Assembly: GCA_039933985.1 (NCBI GenBank)
Contig: JBDTNA010000001.1
Location: 1 to 49,564 of the forward strand
Direction of reading: 5' to 3'
Source of the DNA: Gemmatimonadales bacterium
Lineage (GTDB): Bacteria > Gemmatimonadota > Gemmatimonadetes > Gemmatimonadales > Gemmatimonadaceae
Length of the DNA stretch: 49,564 nucleotides
Made by a program: the position numbers and the translations under genes. Positions 46,955 through 49,564 of this stretch are shown piece after piece. The notes below the pieces were generated by a model. The model saw only the letters and a list, made by a program, of their open reading frames with translations, made no database searches and was not told the DNA's origin. Position 1 is the first letter of the stretch. Every line of letters begins with the position of its first letter.

Positions 46955-48358
46955 ATGCCACAAAGAAATCGCAGTCGTGCCGGGCTCGCTACTCTGCTTC
47001 TGATACTGGGCTCACTGCTCGCCCCTTCGCTGCTCACTGCGCAACGCGCCGAGCTCGAGAAGATCATCAAGCGGAAGGTGCTGGCAAACGGCCTTGAAGT
47101 CATAGTGGTGGAAAACCATGGCGTTCCGCTCGCGACGATCGAAGTCGACGTGAAGAACGGCTCGTTCACGCAGTCGCCGGAATATGCCGGCCTCGCGCAC
47201 ATGTACGAGCACATGTTCTTTCGCGCGAACTCCAAATACGCCGAGCCGGAGTCGTTTGTTGGCAGGGCTGGAGATCTGGGAGCCGTCTTCAACGGGACGA
47301 CGCGGGAAGAGGTCGTCAACTACTACCTGACAGTTCCAGCAGACAGCCTGAGCGCAGGCATCGGCTTTCTCTCTTCGGCACTTCTTGCCCCGTTGTTTCG
47401 CCAGGAAGAGCTCGAGCGTGAGCGTCAGGTTGTCATTGGCGAATACGACAGGAACGAGTCGAGTCCGTTCTTCCGGCTGAACCAGGAGATGGATAAGCTG
47501 CTTTACCCCGGAAACTTCAGTCGCAAGAACGTCATCGGTGACCGTCAGGTCATTCTGACGACGACGCCGGAAAAAATGCGGACGATTCAGCGCAAGTATT
47601 ACGTCCCCAACAACTCGGTGCTGATCGTTTCGGGCGACGTAAATCCGCAGGAAGTGTTTCAGGTCGCCGAGCGAGAGCTCGGTGGGTGGAAGCGTGGCGA
47701 GGATCCGTTTGTTGCCGATCCAATTCCTCTGATTCCGCAACTCACGAAGAATCAGGGCGTGATAGTGGAGGCGGATGTCAATGCGGTCACTGTGTTTCTC
47801 CAGTGGCAGGGTCCAAGCGTCGGCAGGGATCCGAAGTCGACATACGCCGCGGACGTGTTCTCGGACGTGCTGAACGATCCGGGGTCGAACTTCCAGCAGC
47901 GTCTGGTAGACAGCGGTATCTGGCAGAGCATGGGCGTCAACTATTACACGCTCAATAACACCGGACCGATCACGATCAGCGGTCAGACATCGCCGGAGAA
48001 TCTTCGGAAGGCGCTCACTGCACTCGAAGCGGAAATCGCGAAGTTCAACGATCCGGGATACTTCGACGCCGGTGAGCTCGAATCAGTGAAGGCACATCGG
48101 ACCGTTACATCGGCCTTCGATCGCGAGCGGGCCTCCGGCTTCGCACACACACTCGGATTCTGGTGGAGCGTAGCCGACCTCGAGTACTACATGGGATACG
48201 TGGACAACATGGCAAGGCAGACGACGGCCGACCTTCGGGCTTACGGCAGCAAGTATATAGTAGGCAAGCCGCGTATCACTGGTGTGCTCATCAATTCGGC
48301 GGCGAAGCGCCAGATCAGCCTTACCACACAGGAACTGGCGCGCGAGGGCACACAATGA
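46955..48358 (+). CDS. M16 zinc peptidase, catalytic subunit, secreted
   Basis: GLAHMYEHMFF, ERERQVVIGE; signal peptide from ATG 46955. Confidence 0.88.
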   Translation: MPQRNRSRAGLATLLLILGSLLAPSLLTAQRAELEKIIKRKVLANGLEVIVVENHGVPLATIEVDVKNGSFTQSPEYAGLAHMYEHMFFRANSKYAEPESFVGRAGDLGAVFNGTTREEVVNYYLTVPADSLSAGIGFLSSALLAPLFRQEELERERQVVIGEYDRNESSPFFRLNQEMDKLLYPGNFSRKNVIGDRQVILTTTPEKMRTIQRKYYVPNNSVLIVSGDVNPQEVFQVAERELGGWKRGEDPFVADPIPLIPQLTKNQGVIVEADVNAVTVFLQWQGPSVGRDPKSTYAADVFSDVLNDPGSNFQQRLVDSGIWQSMGVNYYTLNNTGPITISGQTSPENLRKALTALEAEIAKFNDPGYFDAGELESVKAHRTVTSAFDRERASGFAHTLGFWWSVADLEYYMGYVDNMARQTTADLRAYGSKYIVGKPRITGVLINSAAKRQISLTTQELAREGTQ

Positions 48359-49564
48359 TGCTTCTTCCGATCGCTCTCGCATTCACTGCAGCGACGACGA
48401 GCTTCGACGTAGGCGGCATCAAGGTGATTCTCAGGCAGAGTGACGCGAACAACGTCGTTGCCGCGAATCTCTATCTGCTTGGCGGGTCGCGACAGATAAC
48501 AGCGGGCAACGCCGGAATCGAGAATCTTCTTCTCGAAGTCTCGGACCGCGGCACGAAGAGCTATCCAAGGGCAACGCTCAGGCGGAAAATGTCCCGCCTC
48601 GGGAGCGAGATCATCACGGCCCCGGGCGATGACTGGACCATTATCGGCATACGCGGCACGAGCGAAGTGTTCGACTCGACGTGGGCAATCTTTGCTGACA
48701 GGGTGATGCATCCGACGCTCGCCAACGAAGATGTGACGCTCATCAAATCGCAGCTTCTTGCAGCACTGCGCCAGCGCCGTGACGACCCGGATGCGCTCGC
48801 GAATTATCTGGCCGACAGCATTGCGTTCGCCGGGCACCCGTACGGGCTGTCGGTCGTCGGGACTGAAGCGTCGATCGAATCACTCGATGCAAAGGCTCTT
48901 CGCGACTATCACGCAGGCCAGTTCATGAAATCGCGGATGCTCCTGGTGGTTGTCGGCAACATCGACCGGGCACATGTCGAGCGACTTGTGCGCTCGACGT
49001 TAGCGACCCTGCCTGCGGGCAACTACTCGTGGACACCTCCTCCGCGGCTTCCCGAGGGAAAGGGTGCAGTCGTGATCGAGCAGAGGGCGCTGCCGACCAA
49101 CTATATCGTCGGCTATTACAGCGGTCCGCTCGCGAACTCCGACGACTATCAGGCGCTGCGTATCGCTACGTCGGTACTCACCGGCCGCATGTTCTCGGAA
49201 ATTCGGACGCGTCAGAACCTGACCTATGATGTTCATGCGCCGTTCGTCGACAGAGCAGCGAGCGCCGGCGGGTTGTATGTGTCAACAGCCGCTCCGGACA
49301 CCACGCTCAAGCTGATGTTCAACGCTGTGCGCGAGCTGCAGGAAGGTCTTCTGGATCCGAGTGGCCTGGAGCGTCTCGAGCAGCAGTTTTTGACGGAATA
49401 TTTTCTCGACAACGAGACGAATGACGCGCAGGCGGACTTTCTGGCCCGTGCTCAGCTCTATCGCGGGGACTACAAACGTGCTGACAAGTTCGTCGAAGAG
49501 CTCAGAAGTGTGACACCTGAACAGGTTCGGAATGTCGCAAGGAAGTACATGAAGGGAATCCGGT
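48355..49564 (+). CDS. M16 peptidase non-catalytic subunit, 3'-truncated by the window edge
   Basis: ATGA overlap; MMLLPIALAFTAATTSFDVGGIKVILRQ..., GHPYG, EIRTRQNLTY; no stop seen before the window end. Confidence 0.82.
   Translation, partial: MMLLPIALAFTAATTSFDVGGIKVILRQSDANNVVAANLYLLGGSRQITAGNAGIENLLLEVSDRGTKSYPRATLRRKMSRLGSEIITAPGDDWTIIGIRGTSEVFDSTWAIFADRVMHPTLANEDVTLIKSQLLAALRQRRDDPDALANYLADSIAFAGHPYGLSVVGTEASIESLDAKALRDYHAGQFMKSRMLLVVVGNIDRAHVERLVRSTLATLPAGNYSWTPPPRLPEGKGAVVIEQRALPTNYIVGYYSGPLANSDDYQALRIATSVLTGRMFSEIRTRQNLTYDVHAPFVDRAASAGGLYVSTAAPDTTLKLMFNAVRELQEGLLDPSGLERLEQQFLTEYFLDNETNDAQADFLARAQLYRGDYKRADKFVEELRSVTPEQVRNVARKYMKGIR

Noticed and set aside
47012-47740. Long antisense or alternate-frame ORFs (this 242-aa one, 10501-11073, 36726-37313, 48241-48837 and others)
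   Set aside because: They overlap well-supported genes, have no recognisable motifs and are expected in GC-rich DNA
1-49564. CRISPR arrays, tRNA/rRNA genes, IS elements, integrases, prophage or defence genes
   Set aside because: No repeat-spacer pattern, tRNA-like motif or mobile-element protein recognised by eye; a formal scan was not possible

Overview
A GC-rich bacterial chromosome segment spanning the replication origin. Gene content (GWxTD protein, paired secreted M16 peptidases, protein styles) suggests Gemmatimonadota; this is inference, not a database result. Core: mnmE-MBL-yidC-yidD-rnpA-rpmH divergent from dnaA-oriC-dnaN, then the RNase P RNA gene (rnpB), a signalling cluster (pseudo-receiver/AraC regulator, sensor-less His kinase, Hanks Ser/Thr kinase, GWxTD lipoprotein), csp-polA, a BMP-type nucleoside ABC operon with an embedded Nif3 gene, parB-parA with two parS sites, mnmG, an ABC-F ATPase and murB. 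M16 peptidase pairs lie at both ends. No tRNA, rRNA, CRISPR array or mobile element was seen. Best leads: (1) DnaA carries a sliding-clamp-binding-like motif (QMDFF) in its linker, possibly a built-in Hda/RIDA function. (2) A second DnaA-box cluster with an IHF-like site lies about 20 kb from oriC at the end of parB (datA/DARS-like). (3) rnpA has no canonical start for its conserved N-terminus and probably begins at an ACG inside rpmH. (4) Many genes have a TANNNT box 5-7 nt before the start codon, suggesting leaderless mRNAs. (5) Active sites are altered in PolA (Exo I), MurB and a Cys-free ArsC-family protein. All motif calls were made by eye and are untested.
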